Position numbers and translations under genes: made by a program. A stretch of DNA of 64,000 nucleotides from Eledone cirrhosa (taxonomy: Eukaryota), in the NCBI GenBank assembly GCA_964016885.1, contig OZ024742.1, positions 102,238,001 through 102,302,000 of the forward strand, given 5' to 3'. Positions within the stretch are counted from its first letter, which is position 1; every line of letters begins with the position of its first letter. Positions 1 through 11,890 of this stretch are shown here, one piece after another. Below the pieces are notes generated by a model. It saw nothing but the letters and a program-made list of their open reading frames with translations. It ran no database searches and was not told the origin of the DNA.

Positions 1-27
1 ACCTGGTATCTTACCACACCCTCTTTG

Positions 28-76
<49 letters not shown>

Positions 77-465
77 CTAGGTCATCTTTGCCTTATATAT
101 ATATAAATGATTATAATGGACTATTCACTAGTATCTTTGGTAAGGTGAGAGAAGCTCAATGCACAGTAAAAGTCGTAAGGAATTCAAAACGGACAAATAT
201 TCTTTGAAAAATTAAAGTTCTTGTTGTTGAGGACAGTACTGGTAGCAGTATAAATGAAATAAAGAACAACCAAGGTTAACAACTTAAATCCATTCTTTAA
301 TTTCTAGGTAAGTTTCTATGCAGGTGATAATGGTACATACATATGTAAATAATAAGTTAATCAAAAACATCTAATTAGCAATTATTTACACAAAACATAA
401 TACATATAACATCTGCATGAATATTCTTGTAGCTATTACAAAAAAGACAATAGTATCATTAATAA

Positions 466-650
466 TTGTTTCTATTTTTGGTACAAGGCCAGCAATTACC
501 CAGTGCATTACTCGTACTTTATTTAATCGACCCCGTAAGGATGAAAGGTAAAGTTAATCTCGGCGGGATTTGAACTCAGTCTGTAAAGAGACGTAACTAT
601 GCTGGAAAGCATGGCGTCCGACCCTCTACCGATACTGCCAATCCACCGTC
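466..650 (-). mobile_element. tRNA-derived SINE (family A, Meta-domain-like core)
   Basis: Minus strand has A-box-like TGGCAGTATCGG, B-box GAGTTCAAATCC and core CCTTTCATCCTTACGGGGTCGAT(T)AAATAAAGTAC. Flanked by TAGTAT(C/G)ATTAATAA at 451-465 and 653-667 (probable TSD). Meta-domain assignment is from recall. Confidence 0.85.
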
Positions 651-679
651 CTTAGTATGATTAATAATAAAGAAGTAAT

Positions 680-868
680 GTCCGGATTGGCAGTATCGGT
701 AGAGAGTCGGACGCCATGCTTTGCAGCATAGTTACGGCCCTTTATGATCTGAGTTCAAATCCCGCCGAGGTTAACTTTGCCTTTCATCCTCACGGGGTCG
801 ATACAATAAAGTACCAGTCACACACTGGTAATTGCTGGCCTTGTGCCAAAAGTAGAAAAGTAGAAACA
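680..868 (+). mobile_element. tRNA-derived SINE (family A)
   Basis: Same A/B boxes and core. Perfect 20-bp TSD ATTAATAATAAAGAAGTAAT at 660-679 and 869-888. Confidence 0.9.
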
Positions 869-904
869 ATTAATAATAAAGAAGTAATATCTTTTACCTC
901 AACA

Positions 905-1095
905 TAACAACACAATCTCTCACAACTTAGTACGTTAATACTATTTCGCGTACATTCTTCAATATATGCTTGCTCATGTCCAACATTTGATATAGTATTT
1001 ATTTTTATAATTTGGATTTGTTTAAGTTTTATTCCTTTTTATAATTACCGAAGATATCTGGATGTTATATATATTATGTCTTGTGTAAATAATTG
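905..1095 (+). repeat. ~190-bp dispersed direct repeat (second copy ~3990-4175)
   Basis: CAATCTCTCACAACTTAGTACG...TCTTGTGTAAATAA occurs twice with scattered substitutions. Confidence 0.85.
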
Positions 1096-1242
1096 CTAAT
1101 TAACTGTTTCTGATTAACTTATTGTTTACAAATGTATGTACCATTATCACCTTATAGAAAAGTATGTAGAAATTAAAGAATGGATTTAAGTTGTTAACCA
1201 TAGTTGTTCTTCATTTTAAATATATATGTGTGTGTGTCTATG

Positions 1243-1376
<134 letters not shown>

Positions 1377-1444
1377 TGTATATATAGTGTATTTTGCAAT
1401 ACACTGTATGCTTAATTAAAAGCATTTCGAAGATCTTACGCTAT

Positions 1445-1532
1445 TGTTTTAGAGTAGTGTCAGTGTCACTTACTTCAATTTTCAGCAATTGCTGAAAATT
1501 GAAGTAAGTGACACGGTCACTACTCTAAAACA
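1445..1532. repeat. 88-bp near-perfect palindrome
   Basis: TGTTTTAGAGTAGTG...TTTTCAGCAATTGCTGAAAA...CACTACTCTAAAACA with no loop. Confidence 0.9.
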
Positions 1533-1752
1533 TATATATATTCTTTTGTTAACCTGTTTAGCTTGCTTCGTTTTCTTGGCTTCGGAGGCTGATAGCTTCA
1601 TGACCGCCATTTTCATTTTGTCTGGCCTCTATAATGTATGTTAATTGCTCTGGTCTTCTTTTAGTCCATTGAGCGCTTGCCGCATATCTCGAAAATTGCG
1701 TTTCGCTTTGTTTTTGACCACAGCCGAAATACGATCTCGCTGAAATTATATT

Positions 1753-1845
<93 letters not shown>

Positions 1846-2025
1846 GAAAAAACGAGGAAGTTTCGTTTACATATGAAACATATTTATTGTGTATCAACCT
1901 GTTACGCGCGTTTCGCAGAGGATTGGCTCAAGGTTGCTATTTTTAAACATGAACATGAACTGTTATGTTAACAACACTGTCCACTAATATATGTTATGTA
2001 CTGACTCCAAATATTATAGTTCCGC

Positions 2026-2262
2026 TAATATAGTGCTAATATAGTGCTGTTAATATAATGCTGTTAATATAGTGCTGTTAGAGATAGTGCTGTTAGATAT
2101 AGTGCTGTTAATATAGTGCTGTTAATATAGTGCTGTTAATATAGTGCTGTTAGATATAGTGCTGTTAATATAGTGCTGTTAATATAGTGCTGTTGGATAT
2201 AGTGCTTTTAATGTAGTGCTAATATAGTGCTGTTAATATAGTGCTGTTAATGTAGTGCCGTT
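2026..2262. repeat. 14-15-bp minisatellite (ATATAGTGCTGTTA)n
   Basis: Tandem units read directly. Confidence 0.95.
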
Positions 2263-3009
2263 AAAATCCAATAAAAACCATTTAAGTTCATGTTAAATAA
2301 TGTAAAGTGACAGTAACTAACACATGTTCATCCGTAATGACCAGCTATCAAAGTTTATTGCACACCCGATAAGCCACATTTCGTTGCATAACTTGCTATG
2401 TCAGCTGTTACTGTCTATTCCTAACAATTGTAATGTATTTCATGCAGAATAACATAAATATCAATTTCAGGACATCTTTTACACCAGATTTAATTGTACT
2501 GTAATATCCTTTTCCAGACGGTTGATTGAAAAGATTTTGGAGTGTATTTGTCTGGTAAGTAACATAATCTGAAACTACAAACAAAACCTGTTAACTTGAA
2601 CGTAGATAGATAACTGTGATGTTTGGAAGTATTTATCAACGACGAAATATTGACATAAAATTTATGATGAGATACAAGCACACAGACAATTAGCTTACAA
2701 TAAGCTTTCAAAATTGAAATTCGTTCAATGTTTCGTAAAACGGTTGTATATTTATTTACATCTCCTGGCTGATAGATAGGGTTAAAAAATGACGTGGTGT
2801 AATGATAACGCAACTATCCGACATACAAACATGTGAAATCGATTTCACCTTTTTTTCCCCTCTCCAATCTAATCTCATCTGGCCGAGTTTACACTCGCAA
2901 ATAAGAAGAACCAGAGCCGCCCCTAGGAGCATTGGATTTGGTGTACTTCATATTTGTTTCGATTCTGAATACAATCAAGGGTCGCTGCTTCTCCTGAAGG
3001 TCAATAGTT

Positions 3010-3297
3010 CTCTTCTAACTCGAGCAGGAGGCCTTTCCATTGTTAATTTGCATCGATCATTTGCAAAGCCGCATTGTTCTCAGAACCACTACACCAGTCT
3101 TTCGATACGTGTAGCTGGAACTACTGCCACCCATTGATTTGGTAGGATCGTAACTCATTTCTAGAGCTGAGTAAAATGGAGCAACGTGAAATAAAGTGTC
3201 TTGCTCAAGGACTCAACACATCCCCCGATCCGAGAATAGAACTCACAACCTTTCGATTGCAAGCTCAATGCTCTAACCACTAAGTCATGCGCCTTCC
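3010..3297 (-). mobile_element. CORE-like tRNA-derived SINE (family B)
   Basis: Minus strand has a tRNA-like head GAAGGCGCATGACTTAGTGG followed by CCTTGAGCAAGACACTTTATTTCACGTTGCTCCA, resembling the CORE domain. Confidence 0.75.
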
Positions 3298-3748
3298 TCT
3301 TCAAGGGGATTATATACCCAGCTTGTTCGACTGTTTAATAGTCAAATCTGCACTGTAACAGCTTACATTAAGATAACATCAAAATTTCAAATTCGTTCAG
3401 CGTTCGTTAATCAAATTTTCCTTGATTATAGCTGACCATGGGCTAAACCATCAGAACAACTAACGACCTATGAGCACATAATTCAAATACTTTTTTTCAT
3501 TCATATCGCTGGCTATAATTCATGTGAAGGACAACACCATATATAGAAATGAAAAGTTGACCAGCGAAAGATGCTGCGAAACATCAAGTAAATATCCAGT
3601 AAAATTCATATGAAGAACTGTGCTCAAAGGAACTGAGGAACTATTATAATAAGGTAAAGGCGTGCAGATGTCTTGGGTGAAATATTATGGAGGTCTCAGT
3701 ATTGGATCTTTATACGGGTTATGTTTATATTAAAGGCAAAACGACAAA

Positions 3749-3990
3749 TTCACAGAATTGTTAGAAAGTCGCATTGAATGATTTGCGGTATTCATTCCGG
3801 CTCTTTGCGTTCTGAGTTCAAATCCCGCCGAAGCCAACTTTTCCTTTCATCCTTTCGAAGTCGATAAATAAAGTGCCAGTTCAGTACTAGGTTGATTCTT
3901 GCTCTCTCACTTCTCTCATTCTCTTGAAGAAATCAGATGTGTTCAGACCTGGAGAAGGGATGGGCTAGGTCAGGTCTAAAGTGCTGAAGA
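3749..3990 (+). mobile_element. Family A SINE with extended 3' tail (tail also at ~23120-23190 and ~45718-45790)
   Basis: GAGTTCAAATCCCGCCG, the core, and a shared GAAGAAATC..TGTTCAGAC..GGAGA tail. Confidence 0.75.
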
Positions 3991-4661
3991 CAACAATCTC
4001 TCACAACTTAGTACGTCAATACTATTTCGCGTACATTCTTCATTATATGCTTGCTAATGTCCAACATTTGATATAGTATTTATTCTTATAATATGGATTT
4101 GTTTAAGCTTTATTCCTTTTTATAATTCCCGATGATATGTGGATGTTATATGTGTTATATCTTGTGTAAATAATAGTATATGCTTTCATACACGTCTCTA
4201 TTAACATGAGATATCTGTGAGACGACCACAGCTTAAAATACCAATAGCGAGACATATGTATGGTTATTATAAGCATGATTTCATATACGCTTCTATTAAG
4301 AAGGGGTGATAACTGCGACATGATCACAAATTAAAATACCTACAGCGAGACTTATGTATGTTTACTCTACATAAACATAATGTATACACTTTCATATATC
4401 AAGAATGTAAGAAGGCAAGAATGATGGTATAGTGAGATTACTAGGAATTACCTATTAAACTAAACGATTATTAGAGTATAGAGTAGTGAAGGAATTAATA
4501 GATAGTTGTGTATGGGGAGAGAACGAGAGAAGCTAAAGAGAGAGAGACAGAGAGAAAGAGTGAGTGAAAGAAAGGAGAAAACCGACAGAAAGCTAGACAG
4601 ATGGATAGGACAATAGATAGATATGTAGTTATATAGCAAGATACTAAGACAGACTCTCTCA

Positions 4662-4743
<82 letters not shown>

Positions 4744-5334
4744 GTCAATACTCATCTTTTTCCATTTCTCCGAGGGTTCTTAACCCCACTATCAGGCTAA
4801 ATAATTTCTTTAATTTCTTTAGTCAAAATACGGCGATAGCTTACATTTCTAATAATTTCAAACCAACTCGCTGTTTCGAAAATATTCTTACATATAAATA
4901 TATATATATGTACATACATACATACACACACATATATATATAGTTAGTAAATGAGACAAACAAAACATAGGAGGCAATATTTACAGTTATATTAGGTTCA
5001 CGCTATATATATACATTCACACACACTCTTTTACTCACATATACACGCAGATTTCTTCTTAGTTTCGTACGGACGTATAATAACACACACACACACACAC
5101 ACATGCTTACGCACGTGCTCAAATATAGCTCTTTTCTCAAAACGGCTTTTTTTTTCCATTTCAGGTAGACGCGCTCCATCATCCACTTTTCTAAAAAACA
5201 AATCATACACAAAACGCCAGCACCAACAGTTTTGCAAGAGATGTCAACATGAATGGACCTGTTATTTTTATCTAAAGAAATTTTTTCCAATTCCATCCTA
5301 CCCGCCCTCTCAATCTATCTTATTTCTCATTCTT

Positions 5335-5370
5335 TCTTCTGATGAAGGACTAGTGTCCGAAACGTTAAGA
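5335..5370 (+). ncRNA. Minimal type-I hammerhead ribozyme (Penelope-type)
   Basis: tctt CTGATGA a ggac-tagt-gtcc GAA ACGT T aaga: stem I tctt/aaga, stem II ggac/gtcc, palindromic helix III ACGT. Confidence 0.85.
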
Positions 5371-5394
5371 CCCTCTTCCTGCTATATCAAGCGT

Positions 5395-5795
<401 letters not shown>

Positions 5796-6251
5796 CACAT
5801 ATAATATATACACACACATATATAATATATATACACATATAATATATATACACATATAATATATATACACATATACATATATAGATATATATCCACAGCT
5901 ATATATAACACCTATACGCACATACGTGCACGCACACACAAGCACACACACTAGCACACACACACACATACACATATATATATATATATACACACACACA
6001 TATATATATACAAATATAGATACATATCTCCACTCAGAGTGGCGTCACTCAGTATGAAGACAAGGGTGTATTCTGGTGTTTAAACGTTATTTCCGTTCAT
6101 TAAATTACTTATATACACAATTCGTTGTTTTACAAGCTGAATAAGTCACATTCGGTTTCACCATATATTTCCTGAATATTTCGGATTTCTGTGATAATTT
6201 GACGGACATATAATGGTAAACATCATTTGTTTTTAATCAATTCTGATGACA

Positions 6252-6430
6252 TGTGGATTGGCAGTATCGGTAGAGGGTCGGTCGCCATGCTTTCCAGCAT
6301 AGTTACGTCCCTTTACGATCTGAGTTCAAATCCCGCCGAGGTTGACTTTGCCTTTCATCCTTACGGGGTCGATAAAATAAAGTACCAGTGGGTAATTGTT
6401 GACCTTGTGCCTAAAGTAGAAACAATTATT
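6252..6430 (+). mobile_element. Family A SINE
   Basis: A/B boxes and GCCTTTCATCCTTACGGGGTCGATAAAATAAAGTACCAG core. Confidence 0.85.
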
Positions 6431-6529
6431 ATAACAGGAATGGAATATTCCAGTTATTTAATCGAAACTATCGTCAATCATTTAAATGATTTAATTAAAA
6501 TCTTTGTTAATCCTCATTATTATGCTCTG

Positions 6530-6607
6530 TCAGGCCTAAAATGCCCAAGAAACGCCGTATGTCAATGCGGTGCCCCTACGATCTATCAGGAGTTACGAGA
6601 CCATACC
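6530..6607 (+). repeat. Short dispersed repeat with internal hairpin (inverted copy ~28856-28930)
   Basis: AAATGCCCAAGAAACGCCGTATGTCAAT..CTATCAGGAGTTAC is present in both orientations. Confidence 0.7.
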
Positions 6608-6814
6608 ATATATATATATAAAATTTGGTCGTTTTGGAAGCCTCAACAATGCAGATGGGTAAATCTCCAGGTAACAGAATCAGGTGGTGAAGAGAGAGAT
6701 GTAAGAGGAAATGTAGAATGAGATGTATAGTGTGTAGAGGAACGTAGGAAAGAGCGTGACAAAAAAAAATAATAACATGAGATAGAGTTACCTTGGGAGA
6801 GGTTTAATTGTCCC

Positions 6815-6893
<79 letters not shown>

Positions 6894-7023
6894 ATATATG
6901 TATATATGTATATATGTATATATACATACATATATACATATATATATATATACATATATATATATACATATATATATACATATATGTATATATATGTATA
7001 TACATATATATATATATATATAT

Positions 7024-7512
7024 ATGAAAAACAAGGGGAGAAGAATACTGCATGGTTGCACATGGATTACATATTATAAAATTAGTCCCTCATCAGTGAT
7101 TTGCCAACCATCATTGGTATTTCATCGCATTAAAAATCAGATACCTCAGGTTGGTGCGAGCAATAACTAAAATAAGCTATTGGGACAAGTGAAACGCGTA
7201 AAGCGAGTGAGACAAGTAAACAACAGAAGGAAAAGCAAACCGAATGTTGGAAAAACAGCAAGCAACATGATAGTTATCCGATCAGCATAAACTGGGTGAA
7301 TTTCATGAGCTGTCAGAGAAGCAGACCGTACGCCGTGAATGCGGTGTGAGAAAGAAGGAACCCCACTACTAGCGAACGGGAGGAAGTGAGAAGGGGAGAA
7401 ACAGAGAGAACGGGGGAGCAGTAAGAGAGAAAGAGAGAAACAGATAATCGCAGTTTAGGTAAATATATATGAAAAACAAGGGGAGAAGAATACTGCATGG
7501 TTGCACATGGAT

Positions 7513-7518
<6 letters not shown>
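7024..7518. mobile_element. Non-coding island with 50-bp terminal direct repeats in (TA)n; probable pLTR relic
   Basis: ATGAAAAACAAGGGGAG...GGATTACATA at 7024-7073 and 7469-7518. Minus-strand CTGATGA at 7090-7096. Confidence 0.55.
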
Positions 7519-7608
<90 letters not shown>

Positions 7609-7642
7609 ATATATGTGTATATATATTTATGTGTGTCTGTGT

Positions 7643-7975
7643 GAAGGCGTATGGCCAAGTGGCTAGAACGTTGGGCTTGCAATCGTGTGGTTGTGTTTGA
7701 TTCTCAAACCAGGTGATGCGTTGTGTTCTTGGGCAAGACACTTTATTTCAAGTTGCTCCAGTTTACTCAGCTGTAGAAATGAATTGCGACATCACTGGTG
7801 CTAAGCTATATCAGCCCTTGGTTCAAAATCAGTGGCGTGAAGAGGGGAGACTGGTACGCATGGGCGACTGCTGGTCTTCCACAAACAACCTTGCCCGGAC
7901 TTGCGCCTCGGAGGAGAGCTTTCTAGGTGCAAATCCCATGGTCACTCTTGACCGAAGGGAGTCTTTACCCTTTTA
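7643..7975 (+). mobile_element. CORE-like SINE (family B)
   Basis: GAAGGCGTATGGCCAAGTGG head, then TTCTTGGGCAAGACACTTTATTTC...CTCAGCTGTAGAAATG. Confidence 0.8.
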
Positions 7976-7979
7976 TAAC

Positions 7980-8360
7980 TGGCGTTGGCTGCCACTATTT
8001 TTCATAGCTATGGCTTTCTAAATGTTTATTTATAAACATAACGAAATTAAAATGCACATTTGTATACAGCTACGTTCGAAGCTAAATTCTTATTCTATTC
8101 TATTTTAAGTTGAGCCAACTTATACAGCTTCATATGCAAATGAGATTAATGGCCTAATTTACACAAACGAAAAAACTATATATTTTAACCTGTTTTCAAA
8201 GTTCGGCAGTTGCAAGAGCGTGAGAGATCGTCCTGGCGAGTACCAGTTGAGTTCGAAATGTATCGACGATTGTCCTCCTTGCTTCTGCCGAGCACCGCTA
8301 GGTGGTATTGGCTGCTAGTGTTTTTCATAGCTATGGCTTTCTAAATGTTTATTTACAAAC
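7980..8360 (+). repeat. Dispersed repeat (two partial copies; inverted copy ~42015-42200)
   Basis: TTTCATAGCTATGGCTTTCTAAATG occurs at ~8000 and ~8323, and as the reverse complement at ~42083. Confidence 0.75.
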
Positions 8361-8393
8361 AAACAAAGATACATACATACACACGCGCGCACG

Positions 8394-8524
<131 letters not shown>

Positions 8525-8579
8525 ACACACACATATTTGTTTTTCAAGGCTTTTTATATGAAATCGTGTATTGAAACAA

Positions 8580-8992
8580 ATATTGTTATATTTGGGGAGG
8601 GTCATATTGTTATAATACTGTATTGCCAGAAATAATAACAGAACACACTGACTGTTTGGTTTGGGTTGGTTTTCGCTTCTGTATCTTTTATATCTCCATA
8701 GTTAATTTATCTGGCAATCAATGTCTATCATTGATTGACCAATGGTTAAAAATACATATATATATATATATATATATATAGTCTAACAAAGTTCTTCCGT
8801 CACACATCTGTGACATCACCAGTGGTACTATTATGTTTCCTCTCGTTGTACTTTGATGATATGAAAGATACAGAAGCTATGTAGATATAAAAGATACCGA
8901 AGTGAAAACCAACCCAAACATCAAACAGTGAGTGTGTTCTGTTATTATTTCTGGCAATATTATAACAATATGACCTTCCCCAAATATAACAA
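8580..8992 (-). mobile_element. Diverged inverted pLTR-like element with decayed hammerhead
   Basis: Arms ~8580-8700 and ~8878-8992 are inverted. Minus strand 8786-8825 reads CTGGTGA t gtcaca..gtgac GGAA gaactt, a mutated homolog of the 39378 ribozyme. Confidence 0.7.
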
Positions 8993-9099
<107 letters not shown>

Positions 9100-9111
9100 A
9101 ATATATATATA

Positions 9112-10511
9112 ATGACATCACCATGGGTTCGTCGGATTCAGCGCAATTGACAGACTTGGTTGGAATTTTCATATTGAACTCTTTAAATCGGAAAATTCCT
9201 CAACTTCGCGATGATGATGCCCTTTTTACTGTCTTAAATTGTAACAAAGTCAACCTTAATATAACTTTTAAAAAATACTTGAATTATTTAACCATTTTAA
9301 CCTTAAAATAGAATTTATAGAATAAGGATAAATTAGCAAATTTCCTAGATATATCCCTGAATCTAGATACCGGCCTATATTACCCATACCATAAGGATAA
9401 CGAGAACCTAAATTATGTTAACTTTAAATCAAACCACCCTAATAATGTTAAAACTGCTATAATCAGAATTGTTGAAAATAGAATTTCTAATTTATCATCT
9501 AATAAACATACCCTCGATGCTAATGCTAACTACTATAATAATGCGTTATCTAGGGCTGGATATCCAGACAAAACTAAATACACTAAGGAAACTAATCTTG
9601 GCAGAACTTATAGTAATGTACCTAGTTATAAGCATACCAGTAACATAAAGAGGAGACTTAGATATAAAAATATCCTTTGGTACAACGCTGCCTTCTCTCT
9701 TTCACTTATTAGTAATATCCCTAAATTATTTTTAGGGCTTTAGATAACAGCTTCCCCCTTCACATATTTATAGCAAGATTTTCAATAAGCATACCATTAA
9801 ATTCTCATATTCCACTACTTCCAACTTTTCAAAAATTATCTCTAGACATAATTCTAAAATATTAAATAATAACTCATATGCATCCAACCATGAGAGTCAT
9901 AATAATAACACTGTAAGGCCCGACGTCAATGTAAACTCTAGGCAAAATAACTTATAAATACGACGTCAAACGTATCTTTGAGGAATGCTTCAAATAGTAA
10001 TGTAAATCAGGAAACTTTAGCACCTCCTTTAGTGAATTCCACCACCCCAGTTCCTATTATAAATAATCCTGGACCACTGGTAAATAACTCTGTTAATAAT
10101 CTTAATCGTAAATGCAACTGCCCTATTAGAACTAATTTTCCTCTTAGTAATTTCTGTCTCGATAAAAACTTAATATATGAATGTAAAGTGGTAACTTGTA
10201 CCAATACCTATACCTACATTAGCTCTACTTCTACTTCTTTTAAAGCAAGACTCTATAACCATTCTTCTTCGTTTAAATATCCACTTATTTGGTCCTTAAA
10301 AGACAAAAACATTAATTACGAAATCTCTTGGCGTAAAATTTGCAACGCTTTACCTTACTCCAGCGCTTCCATATCTAGGGTCTGTAATTTATGTCTAGCT
10401 GAAAAATTTACCATTATCTCGAATTTCAACTCTTTAATAAATAGACGTATGGACTTACTTGCTATCTGTATTCATAAATCTTTTAAGACCTTTCACAAAG
10501 TATACAGCTAA
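9112..10511 (+). pseudogene. Penelope-like element (EN+) RT C-terminal half and GIY-YIG endonuclease, disrupted
   Basis: Motifs [70 protein letters not shown] and CNLCLAEK. Contains stops and frameshifts and is 5'-truncated at (TA)n. Confidence 0.9.
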
Positions 10512-11501
10512 TGTCCTATAACTTATTCTACGAATAACGGTTAATCTTTTTTACACATAATTTTTTTACACATATATATTTACATATATTTTTTCACATA
10601 TTTTTTCTCACATATTTCATTATTTTCTACAATGTATTAATCCCCTTTTCTATGCATTATTAAGCCTTTCATCTTCTTTCTCTATTGACGTTAATTTTTT
10701 CGTTCAAACCTTCGTAGATTTTGTAAACAATCTATGACGTCATATGTCTTTTTACGTTTAAACCTTTCTAGCTATTTCCTTTATTTACTTGTTGATATAT
10801 TAAAATAATAATCTAATACTATACTCCACATATATAAATTTTTAATAGTAATTTTCAATTTTGACATAGATTGACTATTCTTATTTTTATTTATTATTTA
10901 TTATTTATTATTCTAGTTTTTTTATATTCTAGTCTATCTTATTTTATGTTATTTTATTTTATTTTATTTAAAAAAAAACAACCTTTTTTTATAATTATTA
11001 TTTATTACTATTTTTAATTTAATTTTTATTTTTATTTTACTTTATTTTATTTTATTTTATTTTATTTTACTTTATTTTATTTTATTTTATTTTATTTTAT
11101 TAATACATTTTTACACTTCTTAATCCAATTTTTAGTATTCAAACTCAATATTAAATAATATACCCGGTTTATATACTCTAGACATCTAATATTCGTTATA
11201 TTAGCACATTCACCTCATCAATTTATTTATTTATTTTTATATTTATTTTTATTTTTATTATATATATATATATTTAGCCGTTATTCATTTTTGGACAGCG
11301 TTCCCGATCAAAACTATATATCTCTCTCTTTCTCTTCCCCCTTCTTTCTTTCTTTTTCCTCTTCTATTTCTTTTTCCCTTTTCCTTCTTCTTTCCTTTTC
11401 TTCATTTTTCCTATTTTTTTCTCTTCTCTTATATTTTTGTCATCTGTTGACTGGACACTTTCCTGTTCACAAGTGTTTTTAGGCCCCATATCATGTTACC
11501 T

Positions 11502-11571
11502 TATTTTATCTGATGAGAACACAATTTTTGTGCCAGGATGATGTTGTTTTCGAAATGCGCATAATAAAATA
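11502..11571 (+). ncRNA. Type-I hammerhead ribozyme in the 3' pLTR of the Penelope-like element
   Basis: tattttat CTGATGA gaa...ttc GAA ATGCGCAT A ataaaata: 8-bp stem I and palindromic helix III. Confidence 0.85.
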
Positions 11572-11697
11572 TATGGAACTTTTTTAACCATCCTTTAATT
11601 TCTTCTTAAAAAAATATATATATATATATGTGCGTGTGTGTGTGTGTGTGTGTGTGTACATGTATATATATGTGTGTGTGTATATATATATATATAG

Positions 11698-11875
11698 TAA
11701 TAATAATAAATTTGAAGACTAAAATCCAAAGAGGGCTCGATAAGGATAAATATATATCAGATATATAAGAACCGTAGAGCAAATATTTATTAAAATAACA
11801 GATTAAAGTTTAAGCAAAGAATCGCTGCTTTCACCCTTAACGGGATCTTCTGAAACTTAAAAAATCAATCTGTGA
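11698..11875 (-). mobile_element. pLTR-like repeat (other copies 32845-33017 and 33268-33356)
   Basis: Near-identical to the 32.8-33.4 kb inverted pair; abuts (TA)n. Confidence 0.75.
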
Positions 11876-11890
11876 ACGCAGAAGCAAATA

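Noticed and set aside
680-780. tRNA genes
   Set aside because: A/B boxes belong to SINE heads; no complete cloverleaf was seen.
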